Shown: positions 11,601 to 19,199 of the stretch, piece after piece | Numbering within the stretch: the stretch's first letter is position 1 | Layout: each line of letters opens with the position of its first letter | Assembly (NCBI GenBank): GCA_963702095.1 | Contig: OY969706.1 | Location: 2,368,001-2,432,000, forward strand | Length of the DNA stretch: 64,000 nucleotides | Source of the DNA: Candidatus Bathyarchaeota archaeon | GTDB lineage: Archaea; Thermoproteota; Bathyarchaeia; Bathyarchaeales; Bathycorpusculaceae | Direction of reading: 5' to 3' | Made by a program: the position numbers and the translations under genes | The notes under the pieces: model-generated | Seen by the model: the letters and a program-made list of their open reading frames with translations, nothing else | What the model was told of the DNA's origin: nothing | Databases searched by the model: none

Positions 11601-11916
11601 CTGTTTTTTCGAGTTCTAAGCCGCAGTTAAGCGCGGTTTGCCCGCCGAAGCCTAAGAGGATGCCGTCGGGGCGTTCTTTAGCGATGACTTTTTCAACGTA
11701 TTCTGGGGTGACGGGGAGAAGGTAGACTTTGCCGCTGAGGCGGGGGTCGGTTTGGATGGTGGCGATGTTTGGGTTGATGATGACGGTTTCTATGCCGTCT
11801 TCTCGCAGCGCTTTTAGGCATTGGCTGCCGCTGTAGTCGAATTCGGCTGCTTCACCGATTTTGATGGCGCCGCTGCCTAGAACAAGGACTTTTTTGATCC
11901 AGTCGAACTTGGGCAT
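8641..11916 (-). CDS. carB: Carbamoyl-phosphate synthase large subunit
   Basis: 1091 aa; EFDYSGSQ, two ATP-grasp halves, NPETVSTDYD, C-terminal MGS domain. Confidence 0.97.
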   Translation of the reverse strand: MPKFDWIKKVLVLGSGAIKIGEAAEFDYSGSQCLKALREDGIETVIINPNIATIQTDPRLSGKVYLLPVTPEYVEKVIAKERPDGILLGFGGQTALNCGLELEKTGILQKYNVKVLGTPVQAIEDTGDRERFRQAMQKAGIPYLKSRTATSVKQALEIADEIGYPVMVRVAYTLGGKGAGVAHNQKELKEIATIGIAQSRIRQVLVEEYVGHWKEVEYEVMRDYADNCLTVCNMENFDPMGIHTGDSIVVAPSQTMTNREYHQIRSISINAIRALGIVGECNIQWALHPKSEECRVIEVNSRMSRSSALASKVTGYPLAYIATKLTLGYTLPELINKVTEVTTACFEPALDYITVKIPRWDLQKFRNADRHVGPQMRSVGEVMAIGRCFEEALQKAVRMLDTGKIGLVCNPEDNEPESEERLRDEMAHPTDERLYKIGKALKIGIPITEIYRISGVDPFFLYKIQNILNMEQELKTLNLATSEAAEVIREAKRIGFSDQQIAVCQKTDEATIRTYRKNNKILPVVKQIDTLAAEWPAKTNYLYMTYGGDEDDIEFSKTQSKVIVLGAGVFRIGSSVEFDWCGVNTVWALKKNGIKEAIMVNYNPETVSTDYDISDKLYFEELTVERILDIYDKENPMGVITSVGGQIPNNLSMPLCEAGANILGTSAQDVDLAEDRSKFSALLDQLDIHQPSWSKLQSIEEAKRFATKIGFPVLVRPSYVLSGSAMRVAYNEVALENFLNLAAKVSRDHPVVISKFITRAKEVEVDGVSDGDNVFIGAIMEHVENAGVHSGDATMTIPPQALKPEVQKDIETATIKIVKALRIHGPYNIQYLVKDDVVNVIECNLRASRSMPFVSKCRGINLIDLATLAMLGKKIDGVQLSPMQVAPHVGVKVPQFSFMRLSGADPVLGVEMLSTGEVACLGESFADAFTKALQSAEFTIPPRGGSVLISVGGDVERKARVVPIAQAFADMGFKIYSTANTAKVLSAHGVAATVLHKVKDPDVTPNILDFLQERKIDLVINVPIANRRSNINEIITDGYTIRRQAVEFNIPVITNLQLAQALVDVMKQKNQNGNSIRSLNEYMDDLPWKKW

Positions 11917-13061
11917 TAGTTGACCTCCAAGGTTTTAGCGAATTTGTCAAACAAGAGTTCAGTGTCGTAGGGTCCCGGCGACGCTTCAGGATGCCACTGC
12001 ACGGCGAAAACAGGCTTGTTTTTGCAGCGGATGCCCTCGGTGGTTTTGTCGTTGGGGTTGATGAACCAGGGTTCGAGACAGGTGTTTTTGAGTGAATCCA
12101 GGTTTATGGCGTAACCGTGGTTTTGGGTGGTGATGTAGCATCGGTTGTTGTATAAGTCTAGTGCCGGCTGGTTTTGGGCGCGGTGGCCAAATTTGAGTTT
12201 GTATGTGTCTCCGCCTAAGGCTAAGGCGAGGATTTGGGCTCCGAGGCAGATGCCCATTAGCGGGGTTTTCTCGCTGAGTTCCCGGATGGCGTCGATGGTT
12301 TTGACACATTTTTTGGGGTCGCCTGGACCGTTGCTTATGAATACGCCGTCTGGGTGGTAATCCAAGATTTCTTTAGCTGAGGTGTCATAGGGGACGCGGA
12401 CGACGTTTATGCCTCGTTTGAGGAGGTTGCGGATGATGCTGTACTTGACTCCGCAGTCGATTAATACAACGGTTTTTTTGCCATCTACACTGTAGGATAT
12501 GGGTTTCTTCACGGATACTTCTTTAACGAGGTCGGTTTGGTTGGGGTCAGCGATGTTTTGGCTGCTTTTAAGCATCGATTCTAAGTCTGGTTCAACGTCT
12601 TCTTCGAAAACCTGCAGGACCCCCAGCATGACACCGTGGGTTCGCAGTTTCTTTGTGAGGCGTCTGGTGTCTACGCCGTAGATGCCGGGGACGCCTTCGT
12701 CGGCAAGCCACTGATCTAGGGTGCGTGTGGATGCCCAGTGGAAAGGTTCCAGACATAACTCGTGAATAATTAAGCCTTGAGGCTGAATGTGATCGGATTC
12801 GAAAAAGAGCGGCAGCCCACGATCCATAACTTTGTCTGGGACGCCGTAGTTGCCAACCATGGGATAAGTGAAAGTTAAAACCTGCCCCTTATATGACGGG
12901 TCAGTTAAGGCTTCAGGGTACCCCACCATCTGCGTGGAGAAAACAACTTCGCCTGAAATTTTTGCTGTTGCGCCAAAACCTTTACCGGTAAATGACGTTC
13001 CGTCTTCGAGAAGCAGAACCGCTTTTTTATTATTCTTCAACGTGCTATGTTGTGGAGCCAA
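11916..13061 (-). CDS. carA: Carbamoyl-phosphate synthase small subunit
   Basis: LTDPSY, SNGPGDP, GICLG, QWHPEASPGP. Confidence 0.96.
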   Translation of the reverse strand: MAPQHSTLKNNKKAVLLLEDGTSFTGKGFGATAKISGEVVFSTQMVGYPEALTDPSYKGQVLTFTYPMVGNYGVPDKVMDRGLPLFFESDHIQPQGLIIHELCLEPFHWASTRTLDQWLADEGVPGIYGVDTRRLTKKLRTHGVMLGVLQVFEEDVEPDLESMLKSSQNIADPNQTDLVKEVSVKKPISYSVDGKKTVVLIDCGVKYSIIRNLLKRGINVVRVPYDTSAKEILDYHPDGVFISNGPGDPKKCVKTIDAIRELSEKTPLMGICLGAQILALALGGDTYKLKFGHRAQNQPALDLYNNRCYITTQNHGYAINLDSLKNTCLEPWFINPNDKTTEGIRCKNKPVFAVQWHPEASPGPYDTELLFDKFAKTLEVN

Positions 13062-13097
13062 AGCCCTATTACACCTATCAGTCTGAATTTTTAAGTT

Positions 13098-14588
13098 TTA
13101 CGTTTTCTTGCTCGTTGAGCGAGTGTATTCTTTAACAGTACAGTTGAGTGCGGTTTCGGCGGCGGCGAGGTCTGCTTTGAGTTTGGCGATGCCGGCTTTG
13201 CTTTCGGCGACGGCTTTTGTTTTTGTCTTGAGTGCCCTTTGAACTTCCGCGGGTGAAGGTCCGCCTTGCACTTTATATGTTTCGATTATTTTGCGTAAAT
13301 TTGTGCATGAAACTATGTCTTCGCCTCTAACCGCCAGCTTGATTCCCGCCGTTTCCAGGGCAACGTTAGCCAAGAGTTGAGGCGTGACATCGCTGAGCGT
13401 CTTGTTTTCGTCAATTAATGCCTTGACGAGTGCCCCAACGATCTTGTGTGAGGTGCGGAAAGCCACATCGTACTTGCCGACCAGCATGTTGGCGACTTCG
13501 GTGGCGGCGACAAAGCCCTTTGCAGCTTTCTCCTCAACTTTTTCTGTCTTGACTTTTATGTTGGGTACAAGCGCCCCAAAGATGTGCAGCGACGCTTCCA
13601 AGTTGTCAGTCACTGCCCAAAGCTTCGGCGTAACCTCTTGAAAATCCAAGTTGTACGTTGTCGGCAAACTCTTCACAATGGCAGCAGCAGCAACGAAATC
13701 GCCCAAAGCATAGCTTGCCCGTGCCCGGATGACTTCGAGGACTTCAGGGTTCTTTTTCTGGGGCATGATGCTGCTGGTCGAGGTGAATTCGTCGGGTAAC
13801 TCTATGGTGCCGAATTCGGTGGAGCTCCAGATGATGAGGTCTTCGGCGAAGCGGCTTAGGTTAATTGCCAACAGCGCCAGAGTTGCTTGGGTTTCGATGA
13901 TGAAGTCTCGGCTGCCCACTGCGTCAAGCGAGTTCTCCAAGACATCACCGAAGCCTAGGAGCCACGCGGTTTTTTTGCGGTTAATCGGGAAACTCGTAGT
14001 TGCCAAAGCACCCGCACCCAAGGGGCACAGGTTTACCCGTTCGTAGGCGCTTTGTAGCCGTTGCAGGTCGCGTCCCAACGCGTCGAAATGGAACAGCAAG
14101 TAGTGCGCGTAGGTTACGGGTTGCGCGGCTTGCAGGTGAGTGTACTGGAGGATGATTGTGTCGGTGTGTTTGGCAGCGGTTTCGAGGAGCGCCTGCTGCA
14201 TGCTAAGGATTTCCTGCATGATGCAAAGCATTTCTGTGCGCAGAGCCATGCGGATGGCGGTTGCGGTTTGGTCGTTGCGGCTTTTGGCGATGTGGAGGTT
14301 CCCGCCGACTTCAGGACCCGTCTCCGCCAAGACGGCTTCTTCGACTGCCATGTGCACGTCTTCGGCGTTGGGGTCAAGTTGGGCACTGCTGAGTTTCTGG
14401 AGGGCACACAGGAGTTTTACGCCGTCTTGCTGCTCTATGATTTTTTGTTCGAGGAGCATGGCGACGTGGGCTTTGTTGATGGCTAAAACAGCGTCGGCTA
14501 AGCGTGCGTCGTCTTTGCGGGACGAGCAGTATTTTGCTACATCCCCTCGGACATCGCCTAGTCTTCCGCCATGCAGCATCTTTGACAC
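13098..14588 (-). CDS. argH: Argininosuccinate lyase
   Basis: SRNDQ, YTHLQAAQP, SSIMPQKKNP. Confidence 0.96.
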   Translation of the reverse strand: MSKMLHGGRLGDVRGDVAKYCSSRKDDARLADAVLAINKAHVAMLLEQKIIEQQDGVKLLCALQKLSSAQLDPNAEDVHMAVEEAVLAETGPEVGGNLHIAKSRNDQTATAIRMALRTEMLCIMQEILSMQQALLETAAKHTDTIILQYTHLQAAQPVTYAHYLLFHFDALGRDLQRLQSAYERVNLCPLGAGALATTSFPINRKKTAWLLGFGDVLENSLDAVGSRDFIIETQATLALLAINLSRFAEDLIIWSSTEFGTIELPDEFTSTSSIMPQKKNPEVLEVIRARASYALGDFVAAAAIVKSLPTTYNLDFQEVTPKLWAVTDNLEASLHIFGALVPNIKVKTEKVEEKAAKGFVAATEVANMLVGKYDVAFRTSHKIVGALVKALIDENKTLSDVTPQLLANVALETAGIKLAVRGEDIVSCTNLRKIIETYKVQGGPSPAEVQRALKTKTKAVAESKAGIAKLKADLAAAETALNCTVKEYTRSTSKKT

Positions 14589-14612
14589 GTCTTAGCCTCC
14601 ATACAAGAAAAG

Positions 14613-15852
14613 TTAAGGTTTTTTGGCTTTAGCTTTGGGCTTCTTGCTTGCGGCTTTAAGCGAATTATACATCCGCGTCTGCAGCCCCCAGAGTTCAATG
14701 AAGCCTTTGCTGTAGCTTTGGTTGAAGCTGGTTTTGATGTTGTAGTTGGCGAGGTTTTTGTCGTATAGGCTGTTGGGTGAACTGCGTCCGATGACGATTA
14801 GGCTGCCCTTGAAGAGTTTGAGTTTGACTTCGCCGGTGACGTTTTCCTGTGAGTGGTTAATGTAGGCGTCTAAGTCGTCTTTGAGCGGGTCAACCCACAA
14901 CCCCGCATACGCCAAAAACACCCATTCTGCGTCGATTTGCTGTTTAAAGAGCACTTGATGTCGGGTCATAACCATCTTTTCAAGGTCCTTGTGGGCTTCC
15001 AAAATAACCAGCGCCGCTGGGCACTCGTAGACTTCGCGTGATTTTAAGCCGACGATGCGGTCTTCGATGTGGTCGATTCTGCCGACGCCATTTCGCCCAG
15101 CGACCTTGTTCATTTCTTCGATGAGCGCGAGGGGCTTCATTTTTTTGCCATTAACCGAGACGGGCACGCCTGCTTCGAAGCCGATGGTAACCACTTCCGG
15201 GGTGTTCGGCGCCTTCTCAGGCGAAGAAGTCCACTCATAAGCGTCCTCAGGCGGCTCATTGTTTGCGTCCTCAAGTAGTCCGCATTCGATGGCGCGTCCC
15301 CAAACAGAAGCATCTATGCTGTATTTTTTAGCGTTTTCACAGATGGGAATGCCTTTGGTTTTGGCGTACTCGATTTCTTCGTCACGTGTTAAACCCCATT
15401 CACGGACGGGGGCGAGGATTTGTTTGTCTGTTGCTAAAGACCCCAATGTGATGTCGAAGCGGACTTGGTCGTTTCCGCGTCCCGTGCAGCCATGCGCTAA
15501 GCCGTTTGCGCCTTCTTTCTCTGCGATTTCCACCATCTTTTTGGCGATGAGGGGGCGGCTTAGGCTGGTGCTGATGGGGTATTTGCCTTCGTAGAGGGCG
15601 TTGGCTTTGATAGCGGGGAAAATGTAGTCTTTGCAGAACTCTTCTTTGGCGTCGATGCTGAAGTGTTTTAGGACGCCGAGTTTATGTGCTTTTTCCTCTG
15701 CTGCTTCTAAGTCTTCGCCTTGACCTACATCGACTGTGACTGTGATGACTTGGGCGCCAAGTTTCTCTTGGAGGTACTTGATTAACACGGATGTGTCTAA
15801 TCCGCCGCTGTATGCTAATACGTATTTGTCGGTTATTTGCTTGTTCCCCCAT
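14613..15852 (-). CDS. argG: Argininosuccinate synthase (start uncertain; ATG at 15852 is out of frame by one G)
   Basis: VLAYSGGLDTS lies upstream of the annotated GTG; HGCTGRGNDQVRF, KSREVYE. Confidence 0.94.
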
Positions 15853-15891
15853 TTTTTGTTTGGAACTGTTTTCCTAACCTCAGGGGCTGTA

Positions 15892-15951
15892 TTTTTAAAG
15901 GTTGCGACTTTTTTGTTACTTAATAAGCTTTAAATGTCTTATTTGGGACAT
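15892..15951 (-). promoter_or_regulatory. argG promoter: two 18-bp boxes 30 bp apart followed by TATA (TTTAAAAA)
   Basis: Perfect palindrome TAAATGTC-N8-GACATTTA at 15931-15954; 44/60 ungapped identity to the lysW upstream region. Confidence 0.75.
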
Positions 15952-16045
15952 TTATCAGAAGAGTTTACGGTTCATTTCCTTAGTATTTAGTGGCTGCTCA
16001 ACCCTGTTTTTCCAAACAAAAGAATTTGAAGAAAAAGAAACTGGA

Positions 16046-16189
16046 TTACTGCTCTTTTGATTCAGATTTCATATCCCTCGGTTTCTTTCTCTCGGAAATT
16101 AGACCTACTGGATTCTTAGCTTTCCTTTCCAAATAAGCAGCATATTGCTCTGGCGTAAAGTCTTTCCTAAACTTATGTTCTTTACCCAA
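16046..16189 (-). CDS. Small charged hypothetical protein (47 aa)
   Basis: TTG start with AGGAG upstream; MGKEHKFRKDFTPEQYAAYLERKAKNPVGLISERKKPRDMKSESKEQ*. Confidence 0.5.
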   Translation of the reverse strand: MGKEHKFRKDFTPEQYAAYLERKAKNPVGLISERKKPRDMKSESKEQ

Positions 16190-16224
16190 ATTTTGTTTCT
16201 CCTGCGCCGCTGCCACCTAAATGC

Positions 16225-16401
16225 TCAAACTAGGGATGATGTCTTGCTATATCTAAATTTTACCGCAATAAACAGCGTCGCAACAAGCAAAGGCACAATA
16301 GCCAACCAAGATAACTCTGGAACGGAAGGAGATGGATTCGATATTAAGGTTGGATTAGGTAATATATTAGCGGTCGGGATAATGATGCTCTGAGTAGTTC
16401 T
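16225..16401 (-). pseudogene. Orphan C-terminal anchor fragment (VPEL motif, TM helix, basic tail)
   Basis: Translates RTTQSIIIP...SPSVPELSWLAIVPLLVATLFIAVKFRYSKTSSLV* with no start codon. Confidence 0.6.
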
Positions 16402-17218
16402 AAGGTGGTGGGGGCGGAGGAAAAGGTCGTCCGTTAATCAAACTATCGGTCTTTCGCCGTTTTATAATTAATAAACAAATAACAATAATCAAAACTGCAA
16501 AGATTAGGAAAGCTAAAATCAATAGAAAAATTATATCCGATGAAAAGAGACTTGCCCACCCTAATGTTAATGTCTGAGTGTCACTCCAACCGCTATCTGC
16601 ATATGAGACAAAATCCACTCCTGTTGGATACAGGAAAGCATAAGTTGTATATTGATAGCCAAAACTTGCTTCAACTTGAAAGTCTTCTTGACCGCCTGCT
16701 GGAATATAGACGTCAGCATACCCCATAATTATGTCGTTTGGGGAGCCTATAACTAAAGTCACAACTGTGTAATCGGAAGTTGATGCAAATACTCGAGTGA
16801 AAGAATTACCACCTTCATAAGTCGCTGTTGAAGTCCAAGGAACATTAGACGACCACCAATAATCCGAAAAGTGTCCCTTGGTGCGGATTGTATAGTACAT
16901 TTTCTCCACAGTACCGTTTGCCAAAGTAACAGATGTTAACGGGGGATTTACTATCTTTATGTCAACAGTTTCGTTTTTCACATACTGACCGCCACTTGTG
17001 TGGGTTAGTTGTTGACCTGAGAAAGGGTCTGTTGTTTGCGTTGTAGTAATTGGAGCCGTGTAAGAACGGTCGACAAATGTAACCGTAAACTCAGGAACAG
17101 ATGGTTTAGGTATTGTTTGAGCATTTGTAGGTTTAACTGTTAACAGGGTCAGACATGACATAGCGATGATTAAAGTTAGTAGTAATGCGAGAGTCTTGCT
17201 GATTTTACCCATATCCAA
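16400..17218 (-). CDS. Secreted, membrane-anchored hypothetical protein (PKPSVPEFT-type N-terminus)
   Basis: Signal peptide, Thr/Tyr-rich beta domain, C-terminal TM helix plus KRRK; AT-rich relative to flanks. Confidence 0.8.
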   Translation of the reverse strand: MDMGKISKTLALLLTLIIAMSCLTLLTVKPTNAQTIPKPSVPEFTVTFVDRSYTAPITTTQTTDPFSGQQLTHTSGGQYVKNETVDIKIVNPPLTSVTLANGTVEKMYYTIRTKGHFSDYWWSSNVPWTSTATYEGGNSFTRVFASTSDYTVVTLVIGSPNDIIMGYADVYIPAGGQEDFQVEASFGYQYTTYAFLYPTGVDFVSYADSGWSDTQTLTLGWASLFSSDIIFLLILAFLIFAVLIIVICLLIIKRRKTDSLINGRPFPPPPPP

Positions 17219-17289
17219 TTATTGACTATAGAAGCGATTAATAGTTTACTCAAATGGCTGCCTTTGAAGGCGACTCAACCGGGGCATTA

Positions 17290-17319
17290 AATAAGCTTTA
17301 AATGTTCCAATTGATACAT
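17290..17319 (+). promoter_or_regulatory. BRE/TATA of the ACT-domain gene followed directly by an ATGT-N10-ACAT box
   Basis: AATAAGCTTTAAATGTTCCAATTGATACAT; first 16 nt identical to 15922-15937. Confidence 0.65.
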
Positions 17320-17331
17320 CAAAGAAACATT

Positions 17332-17910
17332 ATGACAGTCGCCCAAAACGTCCGAAACCACCTCAGAAACAAGCCGTATCTTCTCGAAGCACTAGAAAAG
17401 GGCATCGTTAACCTAAGTGAGCTTTCAAGGCAGCTGCAGACGGAACTAAAAAGTGAAGATACAAGCGCCATAAAAGCCGCCCTGCGCCGCTACAGCGAAG
17501 AACTCCAGAAGCACCGCCAAAAGAGAGAGGAAAAAGTTTTGGCGCTCCTTAGACGTAGCGGCATAGCAGTCTACGACCGCAAATCAGTAATGATAACTGG
17601 AAAAGAGCTCGAAACCAAAACAGGCATGAAAGTGGATTTGCTCGACAAGTACGTTTACCTCTTGGACCGAAGCGATTTGCCCGAGCGAATTTCTTCGTTG
17701 GTTAAGCATGAGAACTGCACGATGATTGTGGTGCATTCCCCCGAGGAGTTGGAGAATACACCGGGGGTCGTCGCTTTTCTGGCTACGCTATTGGCGGAGC
17801 AGAACGTGAACATCGTCGAGTTCATTTCCTGCTGGACAGAAACCATAATGGTGGTTGAGAAGAAGGATAGCCTCAAAACCTACGAGGTACTATCAAACCT
17901 AGTCGGCTAA
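17332..17910 (+). CDS. Archaeal ACT-domain protein with helical (HTH-like) N-terminus; putative amino-acid-responsive regulator
   Basis: IVNLSELSR..AIKAALRRY N-terminus; TPGVVAFLATLLAEQNVNIVEFISCWTE ACT signature; start placed at ATG 17332, about 30 nt after TATA. Confidence 0.8.
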   Translation: MTVAQNVRNHLRNKPYLLEALEKGIVNLSELSRQLQTELKSEDTSAIKAALRRYSEELQKHRQKREEKVLALLRRSGIAVYDRKSVMITGKELETKTGMKVDLLDKYVYLLDRSDLPERISSLVKHENCTMIVVHSPEELENTPGVVAFLATLLAEQNVNIVEFISCWTETIMVVEKKDSLKTYEVLSNLVG

Positions 17911-17923
17911 GGGTAATGAGCGT

Positions 17924-18331
17924 TTAGTGGATTCTTTCAGTTAAACCGTCGAAGCCATGGTCAAAGCTCATTATCTGTTTTATGCCTCGACTCTCCATCA
18001 ATGCTAAAGAGTTACAGTCGGTAAAGCTAAGGGGTTTATCTTTAAAGTCCCTGAATTTTTTCCATGTATGATTAAATGCATCCTCTGTTACCCATATTTT
18101 AGTGATGCGAGGAGATTCAATGATGTATTTTCCTAAGTCGATGGCTAAATCTTTTCGTTTTGTTCGAGCTAAAGCGGTAGTTACTGCTTCATCGATGATG
18201 TAGTCGGATGTGAATATTGCCCCAAAATCGCCATTTAGGGCTTGCTTGAAGAGTTCTCTGGCTCTTGAGTGATGGTTGTCAACGCTGTTGTTTAATGCAA
18301 CAAAAATGCCGGTATCAACAAAAACAGCCAT
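17924..18331 (-). CDS. vapC: PIN-domain toxin (VapC family)
   Basis: VFVDTG, IIDEAVT, LSFTDC, SFDHGF acidic PIN residues. Confidence 0.92.
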   Translation of the reverse strand: MAVFVDTGIFVALNNSVDNHHSRARELFKQALNGDFGAIFTSDYIIDEAVTTALARTKRKDLAIDLGKYIIESPRITKIWVTEDAFNHTWKKFRDFKDKPLSFTDCNSLALMESRGIKQIMSFDHGFDGLTERIH

Positions 18332-18340
18332 GGTTATCTA

Positions 18341-18613
18341 TCAACCGTAGAGTACTTCGTCGATTTTTTCTGACGCGTCTTTTACGCCCCAGTTTTTGGG
18401 TTTCTCAAGTAAGTTCCAGGCGGGGTCTTCTTCTAAGGGGGGAAGTGCTTGGAACTGTTGCATGAATTCCTCTTCGTCTTCTAGCGCGTGGTCTATCATT
18501 GCGCCGACGGCTTCTTGTATGGTTACTTTTTTGCCTTCACGGAGGTATAGTTTTGCTAAGAAGCGGTCAAGCTTTTGTTTTTTGCAGTCGTCGATTTTTA
18601 TTGTAAGTGTCAT
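18341..18613 (-). CDS. Putative antitoxin upstream of vapC
   Basis: MTLTIKIDD RHH-like N-terminus; DASEKIDEVLYG C-terminus typical of archaeal VapB-like antitoxins; adjacent to PIN gene. Confidence 0.75.
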   Translation of the reverse strand: MTLTIKIDDCKKQKLDRFLAKLYLREGKKVTIQEAVGAMIDHALEDEEEFMQQFQALPPLEEDPAWNLLEKPKNWGVKDASEKIDEVLYG

Positions 18614-18620
18614 AGTGGAA

Positions 18621-18638
18621 TAGTGTAAAATAACACTA
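18621..18638. promoter_or_regulatory. Palindromic operator upstream of the TA module
   Basis: TAGTGT-N6-ACACTA just before the antitoxin start. Confidence 0.5.
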
Positions 18639-18812
18639 AAATACCTTTGCGAGAATACAAATCGGAAGCCCTTGAACTGCCAACCGAATTCCACCAATTT
18701 TAGCTAATAACTAAACTCCTCAATAGCATCCTTGAATGTAGGCATCTTTGCCGGAGCTCATTGCTTCGTTGGTTATCTAACGGAGCAGAACTGCTTTATC
18801 TTACCTCTGGAA

Positions 18813-18945
18813 CAGCTTGCCTAAATCGCCACAACCAATCTACAACTAGGCACAGATGCAGAAACTGAAACGCAATGTTAACCTGAGCCTGTTGGTTGTT
18901 GTTGTGTATAGGGGGTTTTTCCCTACTACTAACAATAGAAAAAAA
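18813..18945 (+). repeat. Dispersed ~130-bp intergenic element, copy A1
   Basis: GCTTG-N10-CACAACCA..CAAC-N11-GCAGA...GTTGTTGTTGTGTATAG...TAGAAAA. Confidence 0.85.
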
Positions 18946-18971
18946 TTGAAGCGGCTTAAGCGGAACTGCAT

Positions 18972-19085
18972 CTGCTTGAGGAAACCGCCACAACCAGCCA
19001 GCAACCCAACCCAGACGCAGATACCAAAAAGCAACCTCCAGATGATGAGCAAGGGCGGAACTCTCTTCTTCTAATACTAGAAAAA
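18972..19085 (+). repeat. Dispersed element, copy A2 (internally shortened, tandem with A1)
   Basis: GCTTG-N10-CACAACCAGCCAGCAAC-N11-GCAGA...GATGATGAG...CTTCTTCT...TAGAAAAA. Confidence 0.85.
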
Positions 19086-19199
19086 TGGAAAACAGGTTGC
19101 TGCTTAATCTTAGGCTACACCAAAATTATTAATTCCACCGCTGATACTTCTCTGACTATACCCCTAATCTAGTCGCAAGTCCAATGGAGATGCAACAGT

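Noticed and set aside
18796-19074. ORFs over the repeat copies sharing peptide strings such as KPPIHNNNQ / LYTTTT (also 33497..33823, 57224..57427)
   Set aside because: The similarity comes from the DNA repeat; starts, lengths and frames differ between copies, and other copies lack the ORF.
18813-19085. Tandem A1/A2 copies as a mini CRISPR array
   Set aside because: Units are ~130 bp and degenerate, with no identical 25-45-bp repeats separated by spacers and no cas operon.
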